Below, piece by piece: positions 47,513 through 63,300 of a DNA stretch of 64,000 bases; position 1 is the first letter of the stretch, and the number at the start of each line of letters is the position of its first letter. The DNA is from Hormiphora californensis (lineage: Eukaryota; Animalia; Ctenophora). Under the pieces are notes generated by a model, which saw nothing but the letters and a program-made list of their open reading frames with translations, did not search any database and was not told where the DNA came from. The DNA lies in NCBI GenBank assembly GCA_020137815.1, contig CM035360.1:6820001-6884000 (forward strand), given 5' to 3'. The position numbers were made by a program, and so were the translations under genes.

Positions 47513-50500
47513 CTAGATACAGGTGAGGTCCCGTTTAGTAGTACACATCTCATCATCATCAATCAACTCCTCAATACGCTGTCTCTGTGTGGGGAGAGGA
47601 GGGGGTTATAAAGGGTGTCCCGCTGTCTCTGTGGTAGGGGAGGAGGGGGTTATACAGGGTGTCCCGCTGTCTCTGTGGTAGGGGGAGGAGGGGGTTATAC
47701 AGGGTGTCCCGCTGTCTCTGTGGCAGGGGAGGAGGGGGTTATACAGGGTGTCCCGCTGTCTCTGTGTGGGGAGAGGAGGGGGTTATACAGGGTGTCCCGC
47801 TGTCTCTGTGGTAGGGGAGGAGGGGGTTATACAGGGTGTCCCGCTGTCTCTGTGGTAGGGGAGGAGGGGGTTATACAGGGTGTCCCGCTGTCTCTGTGGT
47901 AGGGGAGGAGGGGGTTATACAGGGTGTCCCGCTGTCTCTGTGGTAGGGGAGGAGGGGGTTATACAGGGTGTCCCGCTGTCTCTGTGGTAGGGGAGGAGGG
48001 GGTTATACAGGGTGTCCCGCTGTCTCTGTGGTAGGGGAGGAGGGGGTTATACAGGGTGTCCCGCTGTCTCTGTGGTAGGGGAGGAGGGGGTTATAAAGGG
48101 TGTCCCGCTGTCTCTGTGGTAGGGGAGGAGGGGGTTATACAGGGTGTCCCGCTGTCTCTGTGGTAGGGGAGGAGGGGGTTATACAGGGTGTCCCGCTGTC
48201 TCTGTGTGGGGGAGGAGGGGGTTATACAGGGTGTCCCGCTGTCTCTGTGTGGGGAGAGGAGGGGGTTATACAGGGTGTCCCGCTGTCTCTGTGTGGGGAG
48301 GAGGGGGTTATACAGGGTGTCCCGCTGTCTCTGTGGTAGGGGAGGAGGGGGTTATACAGGGTGTCCCACTGTCTCTGTGGGAGGGGAGGAGGGGGTTATA
48401 CAGGGTGTCCCGCTGTCTCTGTGGTAGGGGAGGAGGGGGTTATACAGGGTGTCCCGCTGTCTCTGTGGTAGGGGAGGAGGGTGTTATACAGGGTGTCCCG
48501 CTGTCTCTGTGGTAGGGGAGGAGGGGGTTATACAGGGTGTCCCGCTGTCTCTGTGGTAGGGGAGGAGGGGGTTATAAATTAACTACAGACTTAGGGAAAA
48601 CGCCACCTCTTTATCATGGGAACCCCGACTGAGTGCCTAACTGGTTATCTACACATTGCTCCAAGTTACCCTTCCCCCATCGACAATGTTTTAATGATTT
48701 GGTTTGGTACAAAATAAAAGGCAAGTTTTAACTTTTTCAAATAAGAAATTGGGAAATGGTCAGCGTTCAAAATTCAAGTATTTCAAACGTTTCAATATTT
48801 TAACGCGTCGTTCAACAACGCATCTTTCATCACGTCTTTTCTCGTTCAAACGTAATGTATCATCATCTTGTCGTCCACAAGTGTCATCACATGTTGTTTC
48901 GTTTCTTGAATTCCTCCATCTTCTCTGCAGATGGTCGGGATGGTTTCTCAGGTTTGGTGATTCGGAGAAAGTCACTGGGGAACATAGTATCACTACTGGA
49001 TCGGCCGAGAATGGTGCTACTCTGGGAGGTCCTGGTGCTAATCCTGCTGGCAGAGCCCTGGGAACTGTTTGCAGCCCTCACAACTCGACGGGATGGTTTG
49101 GTAGGGGCTTGGGATGGTCCAGGTTGAGCTTTGGCAGGTTTAGGTGGGCCTTGGGTAGGGAGAGCAGTTGTATCGACAAGTCCAACCATTCCATCAAAAT
49201 CGAGAGTCACGTAATCTTTCTTTTGACTTGGAATTCCAAGTTCGGGGTCACCCTGCCCCTCAAGTAGTCGCAATGACTCAATCCTGTGAGTAGCAGCCTG
49301 GGAGTCACGTAAATCTTCAAGTGTTCGAACCCACCTAGGAGAGAGGAGGAAAGTTAGAAACAGTTCAACAGCTGTCTAATATTTGTGTTTATGAAGGAGC
49401 ACTATTTTCCACTTACTGTACGGTAGTGTAGATCATGAAGATTAGTGCCAGAAGTAGTGCAACACCTCCCACAATCATTATCACTTGTCCATCATCTATA
49501 TCTTTATCTTCAGTAGATGTGTCATCAGAGTACTGGATGTCGTTAGAAAGGGCTGGTTTGGGTGTAGGAAGAGATTTCGATTTGCCACTTCGGGGAGGAG
49601 CAGCAGGAGCATTGTTGTAAACAACAGGCATCTGGTGGTGGTTATGGCTGGGCTCCACTTGAACCACTTTTTTAGGAGCTGGGTTCTTGGGCGCTGGATC
49701 CCTGGGGGCAGGGTAATGGGGAGCTAGATACTTGAGAGCTTCCTCGTCAATGTGTTTCTCAGCAGGTTTCTCAGCAGGGACAGGGGGTTTATAATTCGGG
49801 TTGGTAGCAGACCAGGCATTGTTGTCATGAGAGTAATCCAAACTCCACTCATTCTGTCCATCCTTACTAACCCAGTCAGCATCTCTAGTCCACCGTCTCT
49901 TAGCTTGCTCTTTATGGTTCTCGTGCATGAACAATTTCAGAGCAATCATCTTTTTTGTAAGCTCCTCCTTTCTCTTGACATCAAGCATGGTAGCGGTCGA
50001 TTTCCGGCTTCTACTCATCGCCAGTCCCAGATCAGTGATGATCTTGCTGTGAATGGCTGAGGCTTTATCTCTGATTTTCTGGAGTTCACTCTCGGGCATG
50101 TCACTGAGGTCCGTGATTGAGTGGTGCTTGGAACTCTGTTTAGGAGTTGCCATGGAAACAGATCCTGGATGAAGTTGGAGAGATTAGCAACGGTTCAAAA
50201 TACAACATGAGGAACATCCACTACGACTGAGAACAATATTTGACCATGTCAGATTGTAACTTACCGATCAGAAGGAGAACAACTCCAATTGAGAGTTTAA
50301 ACTTGGTCATGATTCACCGAGAAGTTCAAGTGAGATCAAGAGGATTGAAGCTTGTTAAAAGCGTAAAGGGTAAGCGTTACAGAGTAAACAAAATGTGTGG
50401 GCTAGGTAACGAAAGTGATAGACTCGTTCGTTACGTTGCATTTCGTTTCACTTTTGCTTGTCTCAGACACCAAAAAGGGCTGTTTTCCTCAATAAAATAC

Positions 50501-53500
50501 AACTCAAATCTGTCTCTAGTTCTCATTTCCATCACACATGACCTCCCAGTTACCACTGAACTGTCTCTCGGGCCTGGCCTGGTCTCATCACTAAATTACA
50601 GCTACATTTTTGTCCAATATTCCCCTCTTCCCCACACTAAAATGCAACTTAAATCCGCCTCAAGTACCAATATTCGAGAACATATGATCTCTCAGTCACC
50701 AGCGAGCAGTCTCCCCGGCAACGCACAGTCCAATTGTTAGTTTAGGGCAGCAATTTTGGCCGAAATCGACCAAAACTTTGGAATTTCGCATTAAATTAAA
50801 TTTGCGAAACTTTGTACTTTGCCATTGCGTGTTTTATAAAGGAGCACTAACAAGTCACAGAGCAGAATTCTATTCATTACTCGTTCGTTACGTTGCATTT
50901 CGTTTCACTTTTGCTTGTCTCAGACACCAAAAAGGGCTGTTTTCCTCAATAAAATACAACTCAAATCTGTCTCTAGTTCTCATTTCCATCACACATGACC
51001 TCCCAGTTACCACTGAACTGTCTCTCGGGCCTGGCCTGGTCTCATCACTAAATTACAGCTACATTTTTGTCCAATATTCCCCTCTTCCCCACACTAAAAT
51101 GCAACTTAAATCCGCCTCAAGTACCAATATTCGAGAACATATGATCTCTCAGTCACCAGCGAGCAGTCTCCCCGGCAACGCACAGTCCAATTGTTAGTTT
51201 AGGGGCAGCAATTTTGGCCGAAATCGACCAAAACTTTGGAATTTCGCATTAAATTAAATTTGCGAAACTTTGTACTTTGCCATTGCGTGTTTTATAAAGG
51301 AGCACTAACAAGTCACAGAGCAGAATTCTATTCATTACTCGTTCGTTACGTTGCATTTCGTTTCACTTTTGCTTGTCTCAGACACCAAAAAGGGCTGTTT
51401 TCCTCAATAAAATACAACTCAAATCTGTCTCTAGTTCTCATTTCCATCACACATGACCTCCCAGTTACCACTGAACTGTCTCTCGGGCCTGGCCTGGTCT
51501 CATCACTAAATTACAGCTACATTTTTGTCCAATATTCCCCTCTTCCCCACACTAAAATGCAACTTAAATCCGCCTCAAGTACCAATATTCGAGAACATAT
51601 GATCTCTCAGTCACCAGCGAGCAGTCTCCCCGGCAACGCACAGTCCAATTGTTAGTTTAGGGCAGCAATTTTGGCCGAAATCGACCAAAACTTTGGAATT
51701 TCGCATTAAATTAAATTTGCGAAACTTTGTACTTTGCCATTGCGTGTTTTATAAAGGAGCACTAACAAGTCACAGAGCAGAATTCTATTCATTACTCGTT
51801 CGTTACGTTGCATTTCGTTTCACTTTTGCTTGTCTCAGACACCAAAAAGGGCTGTTTTCCTCAATAAAATACAACTCAAATCTGTCTCTAGTTCTCATTT
51901 CCATCACACATGACCTCCCAGTTACCACTGAACTGTCTCTCGGGCCTGGCCTGGTCTCATCACTAAATTACAGCTACATTTTTGTCCAATATTACCCCCC
52001 GCCCCACCCCCACCCGCCCTCCCCCACCCACCTCTCCCAATATAGCGGACATTGCTAAACACCACACTACAGAGACAATCCTTGTGTTTTGGTGCACTAA
52101 GTCGCTTATCGCGTGTAACAACTAACAAATGTTCTTATCTATCTCATCCGAATTGTCTTCTAGAACATTTTACACTTTAGTGGTGCTACAATCTGTCCTA
52201 CCCCTTATTTGTGTTTGATTGTTCTCGTTTATCTTTATCTCTAACGGAAAAGGATACACCTCTCGGCTCTCATCTCCATTCCCATCACCAACCAACATCA
52301 CGGTAACAATCATCCATCAAAATTCTGTAAGTTCACCTGTTCGTATTGTCTGTTCACAGATTGTGTAAAGTTTATATTGTGAATGTAATTGACTATTCAA
52401 AACACGGTATACATCGGGATTCCAGACCCAAACTCAAGACATTCACAAAGGCAAAACGTTACCTTGTTCCAGACCAAACTAAACTCAAGACACTCACAAA
52501 GGCAAAAAGTTACCTTGTTCCAGACCAAACTAAACTCAAGAAACTCTCAAAGGCAAAACGTTACCTTGTTCCAGACCAAACTAAACTCAAGAAACTCTCA
52601 AAGGCAAAACGATACCTTGTTCCAGACCCTGTAACTTTATAGGATAAAGCTTGCGTAATCATTGAAATCTATGTATTATTATGATCAGTTTTTAACTATC
52701 TAAATGACTGACCAAGACAGACACAAGACAAGCGTAGGGCCCTCCAATGTGCACTGCTCTCCCTTGAATTTTCAAGGGAGTTCGTACGGAGGGTTCCAGG
52801 CTATGCCGTCTATACCCGGGTGGTATGAGACTTGGTACGCCTTAGCTTAATGCCCCAAAAAAAAAAAAAAAAAAAAAAACGAAAGTGATTAGCACGTGCA
52901 GGTATTGCAGCGAAGTTGGAACATCGACTCCTTCATAAAACCTTTTGTTCGGGGCCTACTATTCGACACATCATTAAATTGTTTTGTTTTTGACTTTCCC
53001 AGGCACCCAGGCCTAGTTTTACAATACCAGTCAGACCAAACGACCACTTACATCGTTTTTAAGCATTGAGTCGTGTGTTGGGAGTGTGTACGGTTCCTTT
53101 TGGGGTACAAGGGCCTGCAGTCGAACTGCTCTGATAGAAGTAGGTTGGTAGGCCACCATCTGCTCAACTTCACTGTTCTGGTGGGATGAAGAAAGGAGTT
53201 TAGAAGGGTGTTTAGATGAGTTCAGGAGGGGCAAAAAGCACTAGAATCGCGGCAACTCACTCTGATATTGTTGTACCGGATCCTTAGCAAACGAATCCTG
53301 TTCCTCGCCTCTGCAGCCCTAAAATAAAGGTGAAACACATGAATGTACACATGAAATGTACTATATTTGATAAAATTTCAGCGGGTTGAGTTACTATATT
53401 GTCTCAGAAAATGTACTTTCTACTCGACTACTTACTTTAGTTGTCCAATCAGCTCATTATGTTTTTCCAACTGCTGTTTTTCAACTTCTCGTCTCCGAAT

Positions 53501-53850
53501 ATCATCCTCCTCCCTGAAATACAGACCATAGCCGTAATTACGGAATTTAGAACCGCTTACCAAAATATACTATCAGGATTATCTCTCTCACTAGCTTTGA
53601 TCTCACACTGAGGTGCAAGAAGTAACATATGTAAAGATATAACTCACGCATTTTTACGGCGGACCTCATTCCGAACCCTCTTCAAAGCAGCTCCCTTTGC
53701 TAGTATCATATCCTTGGTGGGTTTCTCATAGAACTGATACTTGCTCTTCTCAACTGGGTGTAATTTAGCAAGTTGAGAAGGCCGGTACTGTTTGGACCTG
53801 TGTTGTGGGCTCCAAAACAGACCATCGTCATCCACCACGTCACCATCCAT
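47513..53850 (-). CDS. LKAAEAR1: LKAAEAR motif-containing protein 1-like
   Basis: Exons 53850-53648, 53513-53436, 53318-53261, 53177-53052, 47584-47513 splice in phase to ...LIGQLKAAEARNRIRLLRIRY...QPTSIRAVRLQALVP...DRQRIEELIDDD, matching the family (LKAAEAR..RLRY; RAAIRLE; ERRRVETIL). Confidence 0.88.
47577..48575. repeat. 44-bp minisatellite (~23 copies) spanning the LKAAEAR1 last 3' splice site
   Basis: Unit CGCTGTCTCTGTGGTAGGGGAGGAGGGGGTTATACAGGGTGTCC; the minus strand reads tataaccccctcctcccctaccacAG|agacagcg-ggacaccctg. Confidence 0.96.
48887..50310 (-). CDS. Orphan single-pass type-I membrane protein (~413 aa), nested in LKAAEAR1 intron 4
   Basis: Exons 50310-50265, 50164-49417, 49334-48887. 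Signal peptide MTKFKLSIGVVLLLIGSVSMA, basic RRWTR site, Pro-rich stalk, TM helix VIMIVGGVALLLALIFMIY, Ser/Pro-rich cytoplasmic tail. Confidence 0.82.
50422..51992. repeat. 457/458-bp tandem repeat, ~3.4 essentially identical copies
   Basis: ACTCGTTCGTTACG starts at 50422, 50879, 51337 and 51794. Confidence 0.96.
52420..52628. repeat. 51-bp tandem repeat, ~4 copies
   Basis: TTCCAGACC recurs at 52420, 52467, 52518, 52569 and 52620. Confidence 0.92.
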
Positions 53851-55269
53851 TCTAACTTGTCCTTTAACAGGGGAGGAGGGATGGTGTAATACTTATTTGC
53901 TTTTGGTGTATTTTTTAAATTTGTTGTTGGTGAAATGTAAAGCATTGAAATGTTAGAATCAACATGCTATACAGTATACCGCCACGTTCGCAGGCAACAA
54001 TTTATTAGCACTCGCTCAAGGATTTCACAACTATAGCTAGAGTAAGTTAAATTACTGATGAGTTGACCAGCCACGCAGTTGTCCTAAACTCTCTATTTGA
54101 AGCGTTGAAAAGGCCGGAGAACGATGTCAAGGATGAAGTGGCGAACTTGAGTTGAGGCAAAATTGAGTTGAGGGAAATTGAACCCTATATTTCGTAAACA
54201 CCTGAATTGGTCCCGGGAAAAACGCGTTAGCCAGCTTTGATCTAAGAGGTATTTTTAGTCGCAAGAGAGTAAAATTTTCAAATTTAGACGAGTTAAAAAA
54301 ATTGGACAATTTCAAAATTTTGGTTTGGAATTTTTGACATTTTCAAGTTAAAGTTTCAAAATTTGTCTCACTGTTTCTCAAACGCGGCGCGTCTTTATAA
54401 TTGCGCGTGCTCGTAGGAAGTGAAAGGCGCCAAGGCAGACGATGAAAGTTGCGCGCTTCCATAGCTGCAACGTCTTCGCGTGCTACGTTAATGCAACTCG
54501 TTCCTGAATCCTGATCCACCAGAATTACAAAGCTCATCTTGCCACATATATGTGTATATACCATTCCTTTCGAGTTTCGAATTGTGATTCAACACGAATG
54601 TAATTAAATCTATAGTATTGTCATAGAGATCGACAGCTGTACCATTACTTGTACTCAACAAACCATTACCGAGTTTGTATTAGGTTCATATATCTATAAT
54701 TCGCCTTCCTAGTTCATTGCATTTGCCACATAATCATGCATTAGGAACAGATCTAAAAAGATGCTGATCGAATAGAATGGAACCTTGGAACCTAACACTT
54801 CAAAAGTTACACAAATATGTAGAAGATTAATATCATTAGTTAGTAAACACTCATGTTCTGAGGTACATTATATCAAATTCAGTGCACAAATCATACAGGT
54901 TTTATACTCTAAATAATCAACAAAATCGGGTATTTAAAAAAGATATAAAACTCGAAAAATGTCAACTCAACTTGTGTGTGTCAGAGTCGGAAACACTCAA
55001 AACAGCTCCCACACACTTTTCTGGTAACGAAATTACCCCTCCCTTGCCAGTGCTGCGTGAAGGGCCGGGTTATTTCGTAACCAACACACTTGGCTGGTTC
55101 CAATAATTCAGTATTGGGTCGTACTCAATCCCAGCTGTTTGCATCCATTGAAAAAACTGGTCCCTGGCTCTCTATGATAATAACTCTTCCACTAACATCA
55201 GACTCATATATAGTGTTAGTAGAGTATACCGGCGGCCTCTAGGGTTGGACAACATGTAAAACACTGTGG

Positions 55270-55311
55270 TTTGTTAACAGTTTCGGCGTCAACGCCTTCT
55301 TCAGAACTAAA
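55270..55311 (-). ncRNA. Minimal type-I hammerhead ribozyme (minus-strand copy)
   Basis: Reverse complement of the 56182-56223 motif. Confidence 0.7.
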
Positions 55312-56181
55312 GAAAATGGTAACTTTACAAATTGAATATATCTCGATAGATCAACTAAATAAATTACTACAACACAACTAAAGACTAAAACGACCAAAAG
55401 TACTAAAAACGACTACAACGACCTAAAAACGACAAATAACTACTAAACCCAAAAAACTAGAGAACAAACTATTAAACGAACACACAGGTCAAAACCGGGT
55501 CAAGAAAAGAGAGGGGGGGAAAGAGAGAGCAAGGGAGGTGCACCCAAATATGGTATAACTCACCAGAGGGAAAAAAAAAACCGGTTATACTAGGTTGGAC
55601 AGGCTGCAATATATGTTACAGCTTGCACCCAGTATTATAGTGGTTAACCATCCTAGGGGCCACGCTACTAAACGGGACGCTGAATCGGAACCCCACACAA
55701 ATAGAATAATAAATAAATAAACGCTAATAAACCAAAAATTTTTGGTTTATTAGCGTTTTGGTTTATTAGCGTTTATTTATTTATTATTCTATTTGTGTGG
55801 GGTTCCGATTCAGCGTCCCGTTTAGTAGCGTGGCCCCTAGGATGGTTAACCACTATAATACTGGGTGCAAGCTGTAACATATATTGCAGCCTGTCCAACC
55901 TAGTATAACCGGTTTTTTTTTTCCCTCTGGTGAGTTATACCATATTTGGGTGCACCTCCCTTGCTCTCTCTTTCCCCCCCTCTCTTTTCTTGACCCGGTT
56001 TTGACCTGTGTGTTCGTTTAATAGTTTGTTCTCTAGTTTTTTGGGTTTAGTAGTTATTTGTCGTTTTTAGGTCGTTGTAGTCGTTTTTAGTACTTTTGGT
56101 CGTTTTAGTCTTTAGTTGTGTTGTAGTAATTTATTTAGTTGATCTATCGAGATATATTCATTTTGTAAAGTTACCATTTTC

Positions 56182-56223
56182 TTTAGTTCTGAAGAAGGCG
56201 TTGACGCCGAAACTGTTAACAAA
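56182..56223 (+). ncRNA. Minimal type-I hammerhead ribozyme
   Basis: GTT-CTGAAGA-A-GGCG(TTGA)CGCC-GAAAC-T-GTT-AAC: CUGANGA and GAAA cores, 4-bp stem II, stem I GTT/AAC, rudimentary stem III; predicted cleavage after GUU at 56217. Confidence 0.7.
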
Positions 56224-56617
56224 CCACAGTGTTTTACATGTTGTCCAACCCTAGAGGCCGCCGGTATACTCTACTAACACTATATATCTTCATGCGGCTC
56301 ATAAACATTTGGCCATTACAAGCTCTAACATCAGACTCAGCTTAACAAAATCATAGTCTCTTGTCTGAGTGTTTGTCGAGTTCATTTCCCATACCTCCTC
56401 CTAGATAACCCTCCCTTGAGTAGCACTGTGCATCAGTGTGTAACCTTTACCTTCCTTCTACATTCTGAGTGAGAGAGGAATAAAGATATGAAAGGAAGAC
56501 AGCATATAAAGATGAGTCATTGGTAGAAAAACATTAAAACAAATCGCAACGTCCAATTCTAAAACATAGTTCTCCATAAAAGTAAGTTCCAACAGTATAT
56601 GCTAACCTTGAAATATT

Positions 56618-59993
<3,376 letters not shown>

Positions 59994-60104
59994 CTGATCA
60001 CAATTGACATTATGTAGTTACAAATATATATCTGAGAATAATCGAGGTTTGGAGTGGGGAGGGGACAAAAAAGAATAGAATGTAACTTGACACTGGTGTG
60101 TACC

Positions 60105-60312
60105 TACTGGTTTTTACAATTATTAGGAAAAAAAAATCTTTTTGGTTTTAAAGGGGCAGTTTTTTTTTTCACCCAACCCTTTGGTTTAAGTTTTTTGAAA
60201 AAAAAAAAAAAAACCCAAAAAAAAACCAAAAAAAAAAAAAAACCCCCCCTTTTTTTCAAATTTCCCGATTCATTCCAATTTAAATCCTAATTTTCAGCAA
60301 ACCCCCAAAACC

Positions 60313-60366
<54 letters not shown>

Positions 60367-63300
60367 TTTTTTTTTGGAGAAAGAGAATACTAATTAATTT
60401 TTCCCTTTTGTAACCCGGGAACGTCCGTTGGAAATATGTTCCCATAAAACCCCCTTTCACCCCCCCGTTCTGTCACTTTGCAAGGGTTTTACAAATATAT
60501 ATCTGAAATAATCATTTATAGGGACAAAAAAGAAATGAAACTTCCCCTTTGGGGTTTACCTTTTTAATGCTCTAGTAAATCAAAACCATAGGGGGCCACC
60601 CAACCCCCCCTAAAAATTCAAAGGTTTAAAAAAGTTAAAAACCCAAATTTTTTTGCTCAATTGAATTTTTTTTAACCTCCCGGTTTTTAAAAGGGGGGGG
60701 TTTTGGGGGAAAGGGTGGGGGGTTTCACATTTTGGTACCAAGATTCCTTAAATTTAGGGGGTTGTTAAAATTTTGTAATTTTTTAATCCCCCTTTCGGCC
60801 CCGGGACTTTTGGAAGGAACCAAAAAGGGGTGGGATAGGTAAAATTTTGGGAAAAGTGAATTTGGTGGGAATTCCAAGTTTTGCTAAAAAGGGGTCTTTC
60901 CAAGGGAAAGAAGGGAAAAAAATTTTCTCTTTTAAAGAGGGTTTATTAAGAGGTTAGTTTTGAATATCGTTTGGGGACTATTGATCAAATGGCTTTTGAA
61001 GGTTTTGTCTTGTTGGAATTCCATGTGTGACAACAATGAAAATGTTTTAAATAATACGGGAACCGGTGGGGGGGGGAAAAAAGAGAAAGAATTTATTTTG
61101 AATTTTGTTGTTACCAACTGGTTGATAGAGTCCTCTAAAAAGGTGAAATATACGTTGGCGGCACCACCCTTTATTGGGGCATCGGGGATTTTCTCAAATT
61201 ACCGGGGTTTGCCCTTGAATTTCCCCTTTCAAACCCCCCGGGGTTGAAAAAATTAAAGGGAAAGGTGGGGGTTTTCCCCCCAGGAAATGAAAAATATGGG
61301 GTTTTTATGAAAATTAAATTTTTTTTCCCCCTTTTCCCCCCGCCCCGGTTTGAGAGGCAAAAGGGTTTTGGGATAGGGGGTTTTAAATTCCCAATGAGAG
61401 AATTTAAACTTTTCTTTACTTTTTCCCTTTGATTAAAGGTTTCCAAAAGTTTTCTTCCCCCCAGTTTTTGAGGATTTTCCATTGAGGGTAAAAACTTTTG
61501 GAATTTTGTGGAAAAAAGGGCGATTCCACCAACCGGGGGAAAGGGGGAAAAAGGAAAAAATTTTTCTTTTAAAAAGGGCTTGTTAGCCGGGCTGTTTTTC
61601 CCCTGTTTAAAAAGGGAAAGTTTTAAAAAGGCACCCCAATTCGGGGGGGCGGGGGCCTTCCACCAAAAAAGGGCTCTGAAAGCCCCCGGAAATTAACCCA
61701 GGGGTCCTTGGGTTAGGATTTTCCCTTTCTTAAAACCCCTGTTAAAGGGCATTAAGGACAAATAAATTTTTTCCCATTAAATTTTCCCAAGCCTCCAAAT
61801 TTTTTCCCCTTCCCCCGATTTGGAAAGTTTGTGAACCCCGGGGGCCCTTTAAAAAAACATTTTTTTTTTAAAACCGCAAAGGTTTTTCCCAGTAAAAAGA
61901 AGTCAGTTTTTGGGACTCGGGGGAAACCCAACCGATTTAACCCTTGGGGAGACATAGAACCTATTAAGTTGGCAAAAGGATTTAAAGCAGAATTTTCCTT
62001 TCCTTTTGATTCTAAAAAGTTTTCTTGAAATTTTTGGTTTTCCACAAGAACTAACCGGACCAGAAAATACCTAGGCTGCATGTGGTTACCAATTTGGGCC
62101 CAAAGGGTTTTACCATTCTAAATTTCTTTTTTGGGGAAAGGACCATTTTTTAAGTGTAACCCTTTTTTTTCTCCCCATGTAATTCCCCCCGTTCCAGGGA
62201 TTTTTGGGGGGGGCTAGTTTATTTTTTCCTTCCCCCTTTTTTTAAAAAACTTTTGGTTGGGGGAAAACCCCCGCCTTGAAAAGAGTTAAATTTTCCCTTA
62301 AATCTATTTAAACGGGTTTGATTTAACACCCCTCGGCCCCACCCCCGGAAATTTCTCCGGAAGGGGTTTTCCCTTTTTCCTTTTTCCTGAAAAAGGGTTT
62401 TTTCTGGAGTTTTGGGGCCCCCCTTTGGCAAAGGCTTGGGGCCAAAGAAAATACCCGGTTGTAAAGGGGCTTCCATGGGGCCCCATTTTCCACCTAGGAG
62501 GGTCCCATCAGGTTTATTGGGGGCCTTTCCTTATAGGGAAGGGTTTTTCTCCTGTTGGGGAAATTTTGAGTGGAAAGGGCCCCGGGGGGGGTTTTACCCC
62601 TTTCTTTAATGGGGTTTTTTCTTTTTCCCCACTAACCAAAATTAAAATCCCCCCCCCCAAACAAAAAGGGCTTTTTCCTCCTTTTCCCCTTTTTCCCTCT
62701 TTTTTCCCCTTTTCCGGGGGTCTTGCTTAGGCCCCCTTTTTTTGGGGCCCCCCCCTTTTCGAAAATTTTTTCCCCAACCCCCACTAATTTCCCCAATTTT
62801 TACCCTTTTTCCCCCCCCCCCCCCCCCCCCTTTTAACCCTCCCCCTCCCTTCCTTTTTCGCCCCCCAAAAAACCCCCCCTTTTCGGTTTTTCCCCCCCCC
62901 TTTTCCCCTCCTTTTTTTTTTTTGTTTCCCCCCCTTGGGAAGGGGGGCCGGGCTTTTCCCCCCGCTTTTCCCCCTGGTCGGTTCCCCCCCCCCCCCCAAA
63001 ATTTCCCTCCCCCCTTTTGGCCAAACCCCCCCCCTTTTTTCCGGGGCCGGCCCCTTTTTAGAAATGGGGGGGTCCCGGGGGGGGGGGGGGGGGGGTTTTC
63101 CCCCTCGGTCCCCCCCCCCGGGGGGTTTTTTTTTTTCCCCCTTTTCCCCCCCGGGCCCCCGGGGTTTTTTTAAAAAAGGGAGAGAAAAAGGGGGGGGGAA
63201 AAAAAATTTAAAATGTGGAAGGGGGAAAGGAAGAAGAAATTTTAGAGAAAATATTTACCCGGGGGGGAAAAGAAAGGGGGGGGGGAGAGGATTTTAACCT

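Larger units (their letters stand above)
50420..52877 (+). mobile_element. Non-coding poly(A)-tailed retroposon with 12-bp TSD
   Basis: AACGAAAGTGAT at 50408-50419 and 52878-52889; A-run 52857-52879; contains 457-bp and 51-bp tandem repeats; no RT ORF. Confidence 0.8.
55207..56324. mobile_element. Penelope-like element remnant: inverted pLTR pair plus 3' tail, ~15-bp TSD
   Basis: Near-perfect ~535-bp inverted arms 55206-56287 with almost no spacer; 37-nt unpaired tail 56288-56324; direct repeat CTAACATCAGACTCA at 55192-55206 and 56325-56339; a hammerhead core in each arm. Confidence 0.8.

Noticed and set aside
47615-48515. Gly/Cys-rich repeat protein ORFs
   Set aside because: Translations of the 44-bp minisatellite on the non-coding strand.
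50240-52642. Repeated 139-aa ORFs and 17-aa repeat ORFs as a gene family
   Set aside because: Mostly TTG-start ORFs reiterated by the 457-bp and 51-bp repeats inside a retroposon; no domain similarity.
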